Of a stretch of 64,000 bases of DNA, positions 25,301 to 40,505 are shown piece by piece. Below the pieces are notes generated by a model. The model saw nothing but the letters and a program-made list of their open reading frames with translations. It was not told the DNA's origin and searched no databases. The stretch comes from Auanema rhodensis. Taxonomy: Eukaryota > Animalia > Nematoda. The DNA lies in assembly GCA_964057225.1 (NCBI GenBank), contig OZ059899.1, forward strand, positions 14,756,001 through 14,820,000, written 5' to 3'. Every line of letters starts with the position of its first letter. Within the stretch, counting starts at the first letter, position 1. The position numbers and the translations under genes were made by a program.

Positions 25301-26189
25301 ACAAGAGAAATTTATAAGAACAAAATTTTTTTAATGTATGTGTCATAGCATACTTAATTAGATCCGAATTTTTTCAAGGGTTAAACGAGATTTCTTGAAT
25401 CGGGAAAAATTTAGTCTCTTTTGAATTGAATTTGCTAACAATTGTGTTTCCTGGTCATGTTCGAAAGTTCTTCAGGACTTTAAATAAATAATAAACTAAA
25501 TCAGTTTCGGCTGAAAACGAAATCATTTCACTGATAATCGCTATTGTTTTTCAGAGATGAGCAGTAATGTTATCGTCGATGGGTCAACGATTCGAATCAA
25601 AAAAGTAGATGACACGTTAACAGGACACTATAGTTGTGAAGCTCGTAACGAATACAACATAGGTGGAAGGATTTACAGTTCTCTTCTTGTAATTGAAAGA
25701 GATCTGTCTGTGAAAAGTAAGTTTTACCTCGCGAAAGAAGAGTTGTGAACTTGAAGAAATAAGAGAGAAACTCATTCATTGAGAAAGAATTTTGTGAGAC
25801 GGAAACTAATTTGGCCTGGAGGAAGGCAGCTTCTCATATTAGGCATGGCTTTATGTTCATCGGTCTCGTCGGAAATGTGAGCAAAGACAGAAAAAGGAAA
25901 CCTCTCGTTTCAATTTTCATTAAATATCAACAAGAAAGAAATAATTGAAGCAAAGGCGAAAGAAAAAAAGAAAAACTAAATGCTTGAAAGATTAAAGCTG
26001 ATTTGATCGTTTCAGGTGAAATAGCTTGGATTTGGCCATTATTAGTCATAATTTTGATCTTGGTTAGTTTGGCTGTCATCATCTTCATCTGCGAGATCCG
26101 CAAAAAACGTCAGAACAAACAGTAAGAAAGAGTTTCTATTTGTGAATCTACTCTCAATCTTTAGGTCTCGCTATTCTGCCCAGGAATGA
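22366..26189 (+). CDS. zig-1: Two-Ig-domain type I membrane protein (ZIG-1/basigin-like)
   Basis: Signal peptide; Ig1 TLWCSPDNPQV...DSGAYSCEL; Ig2 ITCPVLAYP...GHYSCEARNEY; TM WIWPLLVIILILVSLAVIIFICE; stop TGA at 26187-26189. Confidence 0.92.
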
Positions 26190-26582
26190 AACCATATGAC
26201 GACACCATCCATCTTTCTACTGCTTTAATAAACGTCCTCTGTGTCTAAAGTCGCTCAAGCAGATATCTGATGTCTTATTTCAATGTTTAGTTATTTGTTT
26301 GTACACGAGGTATTTAAATTTCTAAAATGATACTATCTGAGATAAAATGCTATTTTTGTGCTCCAAATGTTCATTTACAATCTTAATGAAGTACAACTGC
26401 TTAAAATAATCTGCAATGTTTCTAAATGTGAAGATTTTTTAATGACAAGATATAAAATTGTGTGAAGACGATAGAAATAGAGGAAAATAGTGAAATAATA
26501 GGAGATACATCATGTACAATAAGCCTGTATTAGTGGATTTAAATTTTTGGGATGTTTGCTATTATGGCTTCATGGAAAGTAT

Positions 26583-27142
26583 CTACTCATCAGCGGACGG
26601 CTGACTGTCGTGGTGCTGAAATTTTTATCTTAACAGTTTAATAAAGAGATTACACATACCTGTACATGAGGTAAAGGTTGTAATTTACAATGGACAGAAG
26701 GATTAATGATAGAAGCTTTTCGTTGTGGAACAGTATCAGGACGTGGAATCTTAACCGAGCTGATTTCAAGATAAATTTGATAATTAGCTTACTTGAAGGT
26801 TTGCGTCAGATTCAGGAGAAGCAGGTTCTTCAGTTTTCTGTGGGGTTGTTTGAGAGTTAACTGTCAGAGGATGGGGTCCACCCGCTGACTTGAGACCTTT
26901 GTTTTTATCCATAGCATAATCACCAGAATCAAAAAATTTCTACAAAAATACAAATCAAGAGAAGAAAAAGGAGATGACAAACATACTCTTTGTTGTAATT
27001 TTTTCTGTAAAAATGAACTTGCAGGTCGGGCTGGTAGCTTTCCACTAGCAGCCAATTTGTTCATCAATTGCTGCTCCTGCTGCTTTTCAACAGAGAGCCC
27101 TTCAGCTATATCAGCTGGAAGTTCGCTCACCTCTCCCCGCAT
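26583..27142 (-). CDS. ensa-1: Endosulfine/ARPP-19 (PP2A-B55 inhibitor)
   Basis: FLQKKLQQR|KFFDSGDYAM Greatwall-site motif and IPRPDTVPQRKAS; stop TAG at 26585-26583. Confidence 0.95.
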
Positions 27143-28322
27143 GTTAGCCCGTATTACCTTAAAAGAAAAATTAAAAATTTAATAGACAGGAGGAGATAAA
27201 GCATGAGACTTCAAAATAGCATGTTAAAGAGTAAAGCGTGTGAAAGCAGATGGTCGAGCAAGAAGCTATGGGAATATTGAAATAAAAAGAGACCATCGAT
27301 AAAGCCATTTATGAGGCATTGCTCAAAAGAATAAAAGCAATCACGAGTTTTGTAACCATAACAACTGGGATTCACTTTTAATCCTAATGATAATGGAGCA
27401 TTGACGTCATGAACACGTCTGAAGACATCATGAAATTCAATTAACCGTCCAATGAGATGCTACGTAAAGAATAAAAAACGAAAAGGTTAAAGAGAAATAG
27501 TGACGTTAACTGGAATAATCGAGATTTCATAGAGATATTGGGCGTAGGGGGTTCGCAAACACGGCGCATTTCATATTCATCTTGTCATATGACACTATAA
27601 TGTAACATATATTGAAAATTAGTTAGAAATAATCTGAAAGGGGAAAATTGATTGGTCAACTGCGCAAAATGAAATAAACAGATGATATGAATCAGGCAAG
27701 AGAAGCATCAATCAGTATAGAACAAATCACATGTTATTATTGTTAATAAATAATAATTGAAATTTAGTAATAAATTGCTAGGATAGTATAGCCTAGAAAA
27801 AATAACGGAATAATTAGCACTACTTCTTATCAATCAGCTTCATAAACAGTAACAAAGCTACATTACAAGTAGAGGCCACAAAGTAATAACCTCATCTATA
27901 TTGATTGCTGAGACGTAAAATTTGGCTGCGGAGTTAGACTGAGTATCGCACGAGCTCTATGCTGAGAGCAAAGAGAGCCCAGACAATATTTTGTCCGTAT
28001 ATGTAACTCACGTGTTTTTGCCCTTCTTCAAAATGTTCTGACAAACAAACTTTCCGGTTATAACAAAATTGAAGAAAGAATAAAGATTTTTGTGAAATTT
28101 TCCTCACGAACTCGAAAACAAGATAATACATGTTGTTGCGGGAGGACGCGATGAGAAAAGTGGACTGATGAGAATATGAACATGGTTGCAGTTTAAATTC
28201 TTAATCTTTCAAAATTGAGACTTATGCTGTGTAAATATAATTTCTCTTTCTATTTGAGAACTTCAACATTTTGTTATTTAAGTTTGAATGATTGAATGAT
28301 ACTTAGTCAAATTTTCCAGGAT
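27143..28322. promoter_or_regulatory. Divergent promoter/5' region shared by ensa-1 and ash-2
   Basis: Head-to-head arrangement; Inr-like ATACTCAGTC on the minus strand near 27940. Confidence 0.5.
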
Positions 28323-30705
28323 ATGGCAACGCCGAGGTTAAAGGGGAGAAGGAATGGTAATGGTGGTGGAACAGTGGTATCGGATATAGTATGTTATTGG
28401 TTTGTTTCTATTATTAAAATTATTTTAAAAAATTTTACATGTTAATTTAGTAATGGAGAACGAGAATTAGGAACATTAGAACTATTCTGTTCTGGGTGCA
28501 TGCGATGGTTTCATGGCAAATGTCTTAAAGATTTAAGAGACTTGTAAGTAATATTGTTTGCTTTCTTATTTTATGTTCATAAGTTTAAAATTAATTACGT
28601 TATCTTATTTTCAGCTTGAAATACGGTTTGTCATTCATGGTATGTTATAGTTTTAGCTGTAAAAATTGTAGTCCAACAAGAAATGAAACATGGGTTGCAA
28701 AGCAAGCTAGTAAGAAATATTCCTTCTTCTATTTAATTCGTTTCATTTTTTAAGATTTTGTTCACATGTGTGTAACAGTCTTAGCAAACTTAACTGCGGA
28801 AAAGTTAAAAAAGGAAGGAAAACTAGACACAATTACAGCCACTCACGATACTTGTTTCTTTAGGTAAGCACGAAAACTTTCTTATTTTTGTTAGTTTGTT
28901 ATATTTCAGTTTGCATGATGATATTATTCCTTACTTTGATGTAAATTGGGAAAATTTAACCTCAATGGGAAGAAGAGTGAAGACTACTTGGCATGCTACG
29001 CTACAAAAAACATTAACGAAAGAGCCTGAACTTTTCAGGGTTAGGCATTTGTTTGTTTTGTTGTATATTTTTATTTATTTTGTTTAGATTGATCCAGATG
29101 ATGAAAACAAGTATGCTTTAAAAGAAAGTTTGTTTGATATTGGACCTTGTAATGAGCGTGTACGATCGGTAACTCTTCTTCATAATATTTTATTTATTCG
29201 ATCTTATTTAAGATTGGAACAAGAAAAACATTAACAGAGAAAAGTAATGTAACTGCTCCTACGGTGCAGGAAAAATCCGTGGAAAAAGGTGAAGGGGAAG
29301 ATGGACCCAAAACTAGAGGAGCTAGTAAACGGCGAAATGCCGATAATAGTGGGGTTAACACAAAGAAACCTAAGTTAGTATATATTGAATAGCTTATTAT
29401 ATCATGCATTTTAAATATTTTCGAATGTATTAATTGGACTTCCTTATAGAGCTGCCGATTATTCTTCTGCTAAAATTGCTGGAAGTGACACTTCGATTGA
29501 CTTTCCATTTAACAAAGACGGATATCGGTACTTTTTAGTTGAAAGAGATCCGAATGTTGAAGAAAAGTGAGATTTCTTTATGATTTTCTTATTATTTACC
29601 AATTGTTTTTCAGGGAAATGAAAATGGAGAAGGATGAAGGATTGCTGGTTATTCCTTCTCACTTATATCGAACTAAAACAGCAGATGCAGTTACTTTATC
29701 TCCTAATGACAGAGCCTATCAGGTAATTTCCTGCGTTTTCTTAGTTTGTAGTTGATTTATTTGTTTTACAGCTTCGAGTAGCCGATGATCATATGACTGT
29801 AACAGGCTTTGAAGGCTATTGTTTAGCTCGAGCAACCCATGGTGTAACTAATGGATCATGGTATTATGAAGTTAGTAAAAGAACTGTATTGTTTCTTTAT
29901 TTTTATAATTTATTACAGGTTCAATTTCTCAAACAACCAAAAGGATCTCATATACGGATAGGCTGGAGTCAAGCACTAGGTAGGCTATCAATTTGGAAAA
30001 TTTCCAATTTAGTTTCTAATGTTTCAGCCGTTGTACAATCTTGTGTTGGATATAACAAATTATCTTATGGTTGGAGATCTTTGAAAGGAACTAAATTCCA
30101 TGAAGGACGTGGAAAGAAGTATCATTTGGGTGGATATAAGGTTTTGACGTTTTTAAGATTAGTTTTTTAAACTTAAATCTTAGGAAGGAGATGTCCTTGG
30201 AATGCTCATACACTTACCATTAGAACCTAGTGTTAGTGTACCATCTCTACAATATTTGCCTGCAGCTCGGAAAGAGCATAATCTGATTAAGTTTAAAAAT
30301 AATTATTTTTATGAATCTCATGATGATGTTGCCGCATATATAAAAAAACTTGAAGTTTTAAAAGGTAGTAAGGTGAGTGTGTTTGAAGTTCTTTAACCAA
30401 GTGTAATCTTCATCGCTTTTCAGGTAGAATTTTTCTTGAATGGCAAATCATCTGGTGTAGCCTTCCAAGATGTGTATCAAGGTGCTTATTTTCCTACAAT
30501 CTCAATATTCGGATGTACGTTTAAAATTTTAGTAGAACATCTCAAGTTTTTCCTTTCAGCTGCTACAATCCGTTGCAATTTTGGTCCAAACCTACGTTAC
30601 CCTCCTCCCCCTGGTGTTCGTATGATGTGTGAAAGACCATCAGAATTCCACATTGAGCAAACTCTTAGTGATATGATTCATCTGGTCGAGCATGATCAAA
30701 TTTAA
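28323..30705 (+). CDS. ash-2: ASH2L, COMPASS/Set1 complex subunit
   Basis: PHD-like CYC...LFCSGCMRWFH; KTTWHATLQKTL; DFPFNKDGYRY; SPRY domain RATHGVTNGSWYYE...YGWRSLKGTKFH...CNFGPNLRYPP; C-terminal IEQTLSDMIHLVE. Confidence 0.95.
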
Positions 30706-30923
30706 CTTTTTTTCCTAAATGTCATATTCTAACTTATTAATTCATTATTGGTATTTTATTGGTGATCTCGAACTTGCTCATATGTATGTTGTACATGCAA
30801 TTTTTATCATAAACTTGTTGCCCATGCAAACCGTCTCAGCTTTTTTACAGTGTTTTTCACATCTTATCCTCATTTTATGTTCTCATAAATATTTTTTTTA
30901 TTTTAACAACAAATACGTTTAGG

Positions 30924-32320
<1,397 letters not shown>

Positions 32321-33564
32321 ATTATTATTTTTTTAATTTTATACTTGTTAACTTGTTTTTGTTGCCTTTTAATCGTTGTTGAACTTGAATTGAAATAATT
32401 TGAATAAGCAAATAAAGAATTTCGAAAATCTTTTGACAGTACATGTACACACACCAACCAAGTAGGAAAACGACGGAAAACTTCGCTGAAATGTTATGGA
32501 AGAACGTACGCCCTTTCTATTTGCTCAGATAATTTGCCCGACTTCTTCGAAGGCAGCGCAGCAAACTTTACCTCCAGCTTCATAAAATTTGCGTCATTTT
32601 GACAGCTACAGCCTCTGACCACAAATTAAAATATTTAACTCGAAGAAATGCCTAGATTGTTCGTTATCTCTTATCAACATTTGAAAAGTTGGGTCTTATT
32701 CACACACAATACCTATAATTAACTTTGCTGTCTCTCACAGGCAGCAGCCGACGCATTGACACCGAAAGGTCTTTTTTTCTCTTGAATGAAACTTCTAAAT
32801 TCTCGAACAGAAGAAACTATGCGAATAGGCGTGTCAACTTCATGAGGCGCGGAGCCGCACCGCACTGCTCAGAGCAGAGGTCAAATACTCATTTCAAGCT
32901 TCAACTATGATGTTGCGACTAGGTGACAAAGATGTGGCAAGAAAAAGAAATTCATAATGTTTCTCTTCATAGCCTGCTCTTCCAGATTGATAAGCATTCT
33001 CAATGTGGAAGTGAAAAAAGATTAGAAACAATTAAAATAACCTCTTTGATATTGATTGTCAAGTGAAGTCATTTGGCTGCCTATGTATACTGCGTATCGC
33101 ACGCCGAGAATATTATGCAAGTAGAGAGCGCAGACATACTCCTTGCTGCCTCCGCCCCTCACTCACGTGTTTTCTTTCTCTCTTCTGTTGTTACCGCCTT
33201 GACAATCTATCGATTTTTCCCTTGCTGTGTAATTCCAAAAAAGGTCAAAAGCTAATTTACTATTTCGAATTACTTTCTTAATTCTTCATTTTTATATTCA
33301 TTTTATTATTTATTTTAAATTTTGCATGTGCATTTTGATGCTTACAATTTGCGGGAATTCTCCCTTCCCCCATATGTTGTGCCTTTGTTGATTTGTTTCT
33401 TCTTTTTTCTTTTTCTTTTTTATTTATGTTTTCTTTTTATCTTGTTCTAGTTGATGCTTATTTTGTTTTGTTTTAAATTTATCTTTATACATTTTTAATA
33501 TTTTATTTTTTAATTTAGCGTGTAGTGGAGTGAATGAGCGGTCGGAACCGCTTCAATCTAATCC

Positions 33565-35069
33565 ATGGACCTTGTCGTCTACCTCGCCCTTGCTGTTCTA
33601 GCAGCGGTATTCATAGTTTCGCTAATAATTCTGCTGCTGATGTGCCGTCGTCGGAAATTATCGTTCGGCTTACAGGTAATAATCTTTTAAACCTCTATTT
33701 TTATTGTTTTGTTTACTTTTAGCCCAACAATCAGTATTTCCGATTTTCAAAAATGAGCAACGACAACGTAGAAGGTCTCAATCATTTGAGTCCACTTATG
33801 GGTTAGTTCGTTTTTTTTTTGCCATTTTATTTCTTTGCGAAACACTTTTGTTTGTTTAGTTTGCTGCTCATCACGAATATCTCGATATTTATTTTAATTC
33901 AATTTTTTTCTGTTAAATTTTTGCCGAATGTAATTGATCCAATGGCAAACTTTATGATTTGCTTATTAGCGTTTTCTTATCATTTCACGAAACAAGAGTT
34001 TTATCACAATATGATACTATGGTCATTATATGTTTCGGAAAGTTTCGTTAGTCTTATAAGGCAAGGTATAAGGGTGCGAATTTCTTTGGTTACCCACAGT
34101 GCTCATTGTTGGAGATGACCATGAAGTGACGAAATCTCGGTGTGGCTCGCTATTTTCAAGGTCATTGGCATATTGCCAGGTGACCGTCATATGATAATGT
34201 GGGAACTAGTAGTACTGATCATGTAAAAATATATGTTAAAGGTCAATTTCATGGTTGCTTTATTATAATCTCTTTTTCAGCTCAAATGCTTGATAAAAAC
34301 AGTTGGGTTTGCGATGTTTCTGGGCTGTTGCAACACTGTGTTTCTTTGCTCCGCCTTTGTCATGCATTCACAGAAAAAATGTCAGCTATTCCATTAGATC
34401 AGGTACTATTGCGAAATTATTACCAATATTACGTTCTTTTTGTGATTTAGGCTGGCCCTCAACTTAATAAAATATTCTGTGAAGCCACGCTGAGAGTAAT
34501 GCCACGTTTCGATGATCTACTGGAATCTGTTGCTAGCCCACATGTAACTATTATTTACTTTATTTTCTTCTATTTGTTGTATTTTTAAGATTGATATCCG
34601 AGTTCTTGAAGCTCGAGCAACGGCATTAGCTACAGTGTGCTGGGCTCTTTTCATTCCTACAACACTGTTCAGCCCTAAATATAAAGAGGTTTCTAATTTT
34701 TTTTGTTTTTTCTCTTTATGTTGTTTGTTTAAGATGGTTGGTGATCCATTAATAGAAATGGATGCTCATCTCAAAATCCTGCGAGATGCTGCCATGCTTG
34801 CAGCACGCGCTGAAATTGGTAAACTTGATGTAGATTGGTCTCGTATGGCTGATGATGATGCTGAGGGAGATGATGCCGAAGAATCAACCAAAAATCAAGT
34901 ATCCACTGCAATTGAATCTCTTCCTTTAGTAGATATGTCCAAATCGTCCACAACAGACACCAGAATCGATGAGTAAGTGCTTATCTTAAGAGTTGAAGTT
35001 TATGTTTCATATTTCAGGGATGATCGGCCTTCGAATGGGAGTTCTCATCCCATAGATCCCTCTGCTTAA
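33565..35069 (+). CDS. TMEM98: TMEM98 homologue (N-terminal TM anchor + GCIP-like helical domain)
   Basis: MDLVVYLALAVLAAVFIVSLIILLLMCRRR; WVCDVSGLLQHCVSLLRLCHAFTEKM; RVMPRFDDLL...IDIRVLEARATAL. The ORF-track frame starting at 33534 is not the coding frame. Confidence 0.88.
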
Positions 35070-35849
35070 TTGCAGTTATGCATCACTTTACTAGCATCTC
35101 ATTAGTGACAATAGGCACTTTTTTGTTATTCAGGCTTTGTTTCTTTATTCTCATTGTGAATTTTGTCATATATGCACTGTTTTCTTTTTTGTTTAGCGTC
35201 ATCTTTATTTTCATAAGGTTTCTAACAGCGCATCTCATCTCTCTTCCAACTCAGATGTCTAATTTTTCTCTTCTTAATTACCATACAATCGTTGGCTCAT
35301 GAGCTTTTGTTATGTTATTCCCTTGTTACTTGTTCTCATCTGTTAATCTGCTTGTAAATTCCGCATGTTGCGGTAGGCTTGTAATAACGATATTATCGTG
35401 TATTCTATTACCTCTAACTGTTTATATTCATATCCGTCGCTTCTCGGTGGACTTTTTTAAACGCGGGAAGTTTGTATTACTGTCACCAATTCACTTTGAA
35501 CTTACTTTGTACTATATACCTCCTTATTACGCATATTCACGAACTCTGGTGGCTATTTTTGTGAGAATTGTTTCACTGGATCTGCTCTGCTTTCATTGAG
35601 CCATAGGCTGTACTTGCTGTTTTATGAGCAAGTCTTGCTAAGTTTCTATGTTGTAGGCGATTCAGACTCCTCAAATAGCATGCATTTGTTTACGGGACAA
35701 ATTACCTGATGTAACAATAGCTTATAGCTTGTACATTAGCTAGCATTAATAAACATAATAACACTGAAATTGTTGATTGTTCTCGTTTGTCGGTTACAGA
35801 TATCTTATAAGACGTTTGAGACATAGGTTTAAATTTTTCATTAAGACCA

Positions 35850-38800
35850 ATGTCAGCTTTAGATGAATTATGCCAGGCTATGGCTACAGTAAGTTATTGC
35901 GTTCGTTTGTCTTTTCGAAAATCTCTTCACACTACAGAAGCCACCTGAGGAAGTTAGGAACGTTTGTTTAATTGCTCATGTTGATCATGGTAAAACTAGT
36001 TTCGCTGATTCACTCTGTTCTACTAATGCCATCATATCAAGTAAGCAGAGCTTGAGTTATCAGACACCTTAATAATCACATAGGTCGCCTTGCGGGTAAA
36101 ATAAGGTTCTTGGATAGCAGAGAAGATGAACAAACTCGTGGAATTACGATGAAAGCCAGTGGTGTTTCTCTGCTTTATGGACCACTTCTAGTCAATCTTA
36201 TGGATAGTCCTGGTTTGTAATTTAAAATAAAGTGAAGAAGAAGATCAAATTACTGCTCATTTGAATTCAACCGGTCTCCATAGTTTGAAAAATCGAAATA
36301 CCATTTTTCATGCAAATGCATTAATGAGCGGCTGTGTCAAAAAAAAACAAGTTCAAGAGTACATTTCACCGTTTTCAGGCCACGTAGATTTCTCTTCTGA
36401 AGTTACTTCAGCTATTTGCCTATCTGATATAGCATTACTATTGGTCGATGTGGTAAGCCAATGTTCTCCAAAGTTGTTGATTTAACTTCATAATTTTTAT
36501 ATAGGTGGAAGGTGTTTGTTCTCAAACAGATGCTCTTTTACGACAGGCCATTACCAATGGACAATCAATTGTTCTTGTTATAAATAAAATGGACAGGTAA
36601 TTAAAAAAGTAGTTCAATTTTCTTGGATAATTATATCTTAGGCTTTGTGTTGAGTTGAAAATGACAGCTTCAGAAACTTACACACATATTCTCCGTTTAA
36701 TTGAAGCTGTTAATGTCTGTGTCAGTAAAATATTGTGTGGAATTATTCTCGAAGATGAAACATGGGGAAACATAGAAGAAATTGAAGAAAAATTACATTT
36801 TAATCCTTCCAAAGGTGAATAGGGAAAGTATCACAATTCATCTTTCGTAATCATAGGAAATGTTATTTTTTCTTCTGCTGTTCATGGATATGCTTTCTCT
36901 CTAGAAGAGTTTGCAGAGGTATATGTTGATAAGCTTAAAATGGATAAGAAAACGATATTCGATGGATTGTTTGGAGATTTCTTTCTGACTCCTCAAGGAA
37001 TTAAGGTGAGGTTTAACGCTATGCATCGCACTGATAATCAAACTTAGGAAGGAGCAAATAGCAGGGGACGAAAAACTCTTTTTGAACAACTTGTGCTAGA
37101 ACCTCTTTGGTCTCTTCATGAATGTGGATTAGTATCCAACGATTTGCCGAAGTTAACATCGCTAGCTGGTGAGATTAAGGATTACTCCGTAATGAGCTTA
37201 TTAGTCAATTTCAGAAAAGATAAATGTCCAATTTAAATCAAAGCGTGTAAATGATGCTTTTGATGAAATAATGAGAAATTGGATGCCGATATCTAAAGCT
37301 TGTTTCCGTGCTTGCGCTCGTGCAATTTCTGCCAAAAAAGCTTTCAATAATCCTCAACGGTATTTCATCACATTTATGTTACAGATGATTATTTTTGAAT
37401 TTTAGTCTCAAACGATTGCTAGGCTCTCCCAAAACACACCCATTGTCACAAGCTATTCAAGCTTGCTCCCCAGAGAGTAAGGATTAATGCGCGTGATTTC
37501 GATATCATATTTCCGTTGCAGATATGACCATTGCCTTAGTCGTTAAGTTTATCAGAATGGAGGGGAAAAGATATGCAATATGTCGAATTCTTAGTGGAAA
37601 AATTAAAAAAGGAGATAAACTTTACGTTTTGGCAGCTAAGGTTAGAATCATAATATTGGTATAGGTTCAATGATTAGTTTCATGCAGCAAAGGGATGATG
37701 AATCGGAAATACCTAGTACGGAAATTGAAAGCGTACAAATGCTTCGTGGAAGAGAATGCATGCCCCTAGAAGCTTCTAATGCTGGTTCGATTTGTGTTGT
37801 GGAAGCACAAGGTTTACTTCAAGTAATTCTAATTATTTAAGCCTTGTTTCACGGTGACTTATATTTAAGAATTCTACTCTTTGTTCCGAACCTGTTTCTC
37901 AAGGCATTCAGCTTGGACGCGAACAAGGAGAACCTTTGGTCCGAGTCTCTATTAATACTGGGGATCATAGTCAAATGAATGAACTCAGAGAAGCTTTGAA
38001 ACTTCTCGCTATTTTGGATGCTAGTTTACGTGTGCTTGAGCTGGAAACTGGAGAATTAGCTCTTGTAACTGCGGGGGAAGTTCATCTTCAAAAATGTTTA
38101 AAAGATCTTGATGATCTTGGATTTCCGGATCTGGAAGTAAGATTGTAAGGCATTTGTCTCATGATAAATTAACGATCTAGGTATCGAGCCCTATTGTTCC
38201 GTTTTTGGAAACGATTATACTGGATCCAACTTTGAACTCAACACAAATCCAGGGACATGTAACAGTGAGGAGATTATGTGAAATATATCTACTTATCAAA
38301 TATGTTCAGGAATGTCGTCTCCGTGGTGAAGCACTGTATATAAAGCTTAGAGCTGCCCCGCTCCATATTGATATTGTAAATTTCTTAGACCGGAATTCAG
38401 ATATCATTCAGCTAATCAAATTAGGAAAAGCTGATATGGATATTGTTCAAGATTTCAAGTTGACTAACCTTTTAATATCCTATTATACTATTCTATTTTA
38501 AGGAACAAATTGCTCCATCTGTGTGAGCAACTACTTCCCGCTATGAAAGGATCTTTCTGGTATAAGAAGACAAAGGAAGAGATCAAGGAATATATTGAAA
38601 AGGTCTTTGATACATTTGAAAACGGCTAATCAGCTCTATGCTTCAGATTTGGAGTTTAGGCACTGAACGGGCTAAAGCCAATGTTTTAATTAATGCAATC
38701 CCTTCATATGATCGAAAATCTCTTTGGGATAGTAAGATAGATAGTATGTTATTCAGAAATCTTCAATTTTGTTTAGAAGATGAAGAAGGAAGGATTAGGC

Positions 38801-39653
38801 CTTTTGATCAAGCTATGGTCTCTGGATTCGAGCTTTTCATTGGATCGGGGCCTTTATGTAACGAAGCCATGAGAGGAATTGCTATAATCATTGAAGATTG
38901 GGTGCTTGATGAAGATGTTTGTTCCTGCAGTTTCGTAAGATTTCATATACATCTGTTCAGGATTCTGCAGTCGCTGGTCAGCTGATGACAGCTATGAGAG
39001 TAACATGTAAAGCTGCTACTGAGAAAGTTGGTCTTCGATTAGTAGCAGCTATGTATAGGTATTCATTTCATGTGATTTTCGGAATAAATCTTTATCCTCC
39101 CACAGATGTTTAGTCTCTACTTCTAGTCAGGCGCTAGGAAAAGTTCACGGTGTACTCGCTCAACGGAAAGCAAAGGTAAATGAGTTTCTGGTACCTAAGT
39201 TGTCAAACAGTGAAAAAATGTCTTTTCTTTTGCCTGGTGAATCGATCAATTTTCCGCAAGAAACATGAATTACAGGTTTTAACAGAGGACATAAATGAAG
39301 CAACAGGCTTGTTCGAGGTCGAAGCTCTATTGCCCATTGTAGAATCTTTCGCTTTTTGCGATCAATTGAGGACACATTCTTCTGGAATGGCAAGTGCTCA
39401 GTTACAGTTCAGTCATTGGGAAGTTATTGATGAGGTCAGGAGTCCTTTTAATCAGACAAAATTTTCTGGTTTTAAGGATCCGTACTGGCAACCCTCAACA
39501 TTAGAGGAAGTAGAAGAATATGGGTTGAAAGGAGACTCTCCTAATCATGCTAGAGGCTATATGGACGATGTCCGAAGAAGAAAGGGATTACCTACAGAAG
39601 ATTTGATTGTTGTTTCAGCTGAAAAGCAACGAAACCTTAAAAAAAACAAGTAA
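35850..39653 (+). CDS. EFL1: Elongation factor-like GTPase 1 (EFL1/Ria1, 60S maturation)
   Basis: [77 protein letters not shown]...[10 protein letters not shown]. Confidence 0.96.
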
Positions 39654-40095
39654 ACATGCCATACGCAAATCTACTTTTCAGAGTTCTATTTGTTTTCTGT
39701 TGTTTTTGTTGTTGTTGTTATAATACTAAAAACAGTGTATTGTTGTTACTTTCTTCTGAGAATTTAATGTTATATTAAATACTTTAAGTTAAGTTGCGGC
39801 TTTCAAGACATAAGGTCGATCATAAAGTTCAAGCGAAGCGTCGCGTGGCGCGACGGGAACAGTGTACAGTGACTGTAAATTTTGCACGCAAAATGAAGTG
39901 TTTCAAGCCAATTACTTCGCTTTTTTAGTTTAGACCTTTTAATTTAAATTCTATTTAAAAAAACTTCAATCCTTAAATCACAAAAAGCATAGTTATGAAT
40001 GCTAAAATTGAATAAGTAGATGCTTGATCAGTAAAGGGTATGTAGTTCAGCGTGTAGTCTCGTACTAACGTCTGAAAGAGTGCATGCATGTACGA

Positions 40096-40105
40096 GAGAC
40101 GCAGA
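40096..40105 (+). promoter_or_regulatory. GAGACGCAGA (EOR-1/GAGA-type) motif upstream of nhr-49
   Basis: Exact GAGACGCAGA 10-mer; its reverse complement also occurs at 43520-43529. Confidence 0.5.
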
Positions 40106-40505
40106 GATACTGGCATGTTGCTATGACTGCCGCCCGCCTATCGATCACCGAACAAACGAATGCACTACTGAGCAGTCTCTCGTGTCCTGTTTCTCTGTGT
40201 ATTCTTCTATCTTTTCTGTATTTCAGTCTTTCTATCTGTACACGGACGGACCTTCATTGTCTCCAATTCCGAGAATATACCCGAAAACATCCCTTAAATA
40301 AAAGGAAGATTCTTTAAAAAGTGTGTAGTCTGTTCCTGATTTTTAACTGTTCTAACTACGACAGTCTCAAATTTTATAACGGCTTCAACAAGAAGCATCT
40401 GATTCTATCTGTGTTAGAATTAGAAGTAATTTTACAGTCGAAACACAGAAAAAATTCTGTCTTTACACCTAGGTTTTTACCGCTTTAGTTGCTGAAAGTT
40501 GCATA

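Noticed and set aside
25845-25875. miR-87-like (GTGAGCAAAG), bantam-like (54326) and miR-34-like (~52037) seed matches
   Set aside because: No convincing precursor hairpin or 3' match to the mature miRNAs
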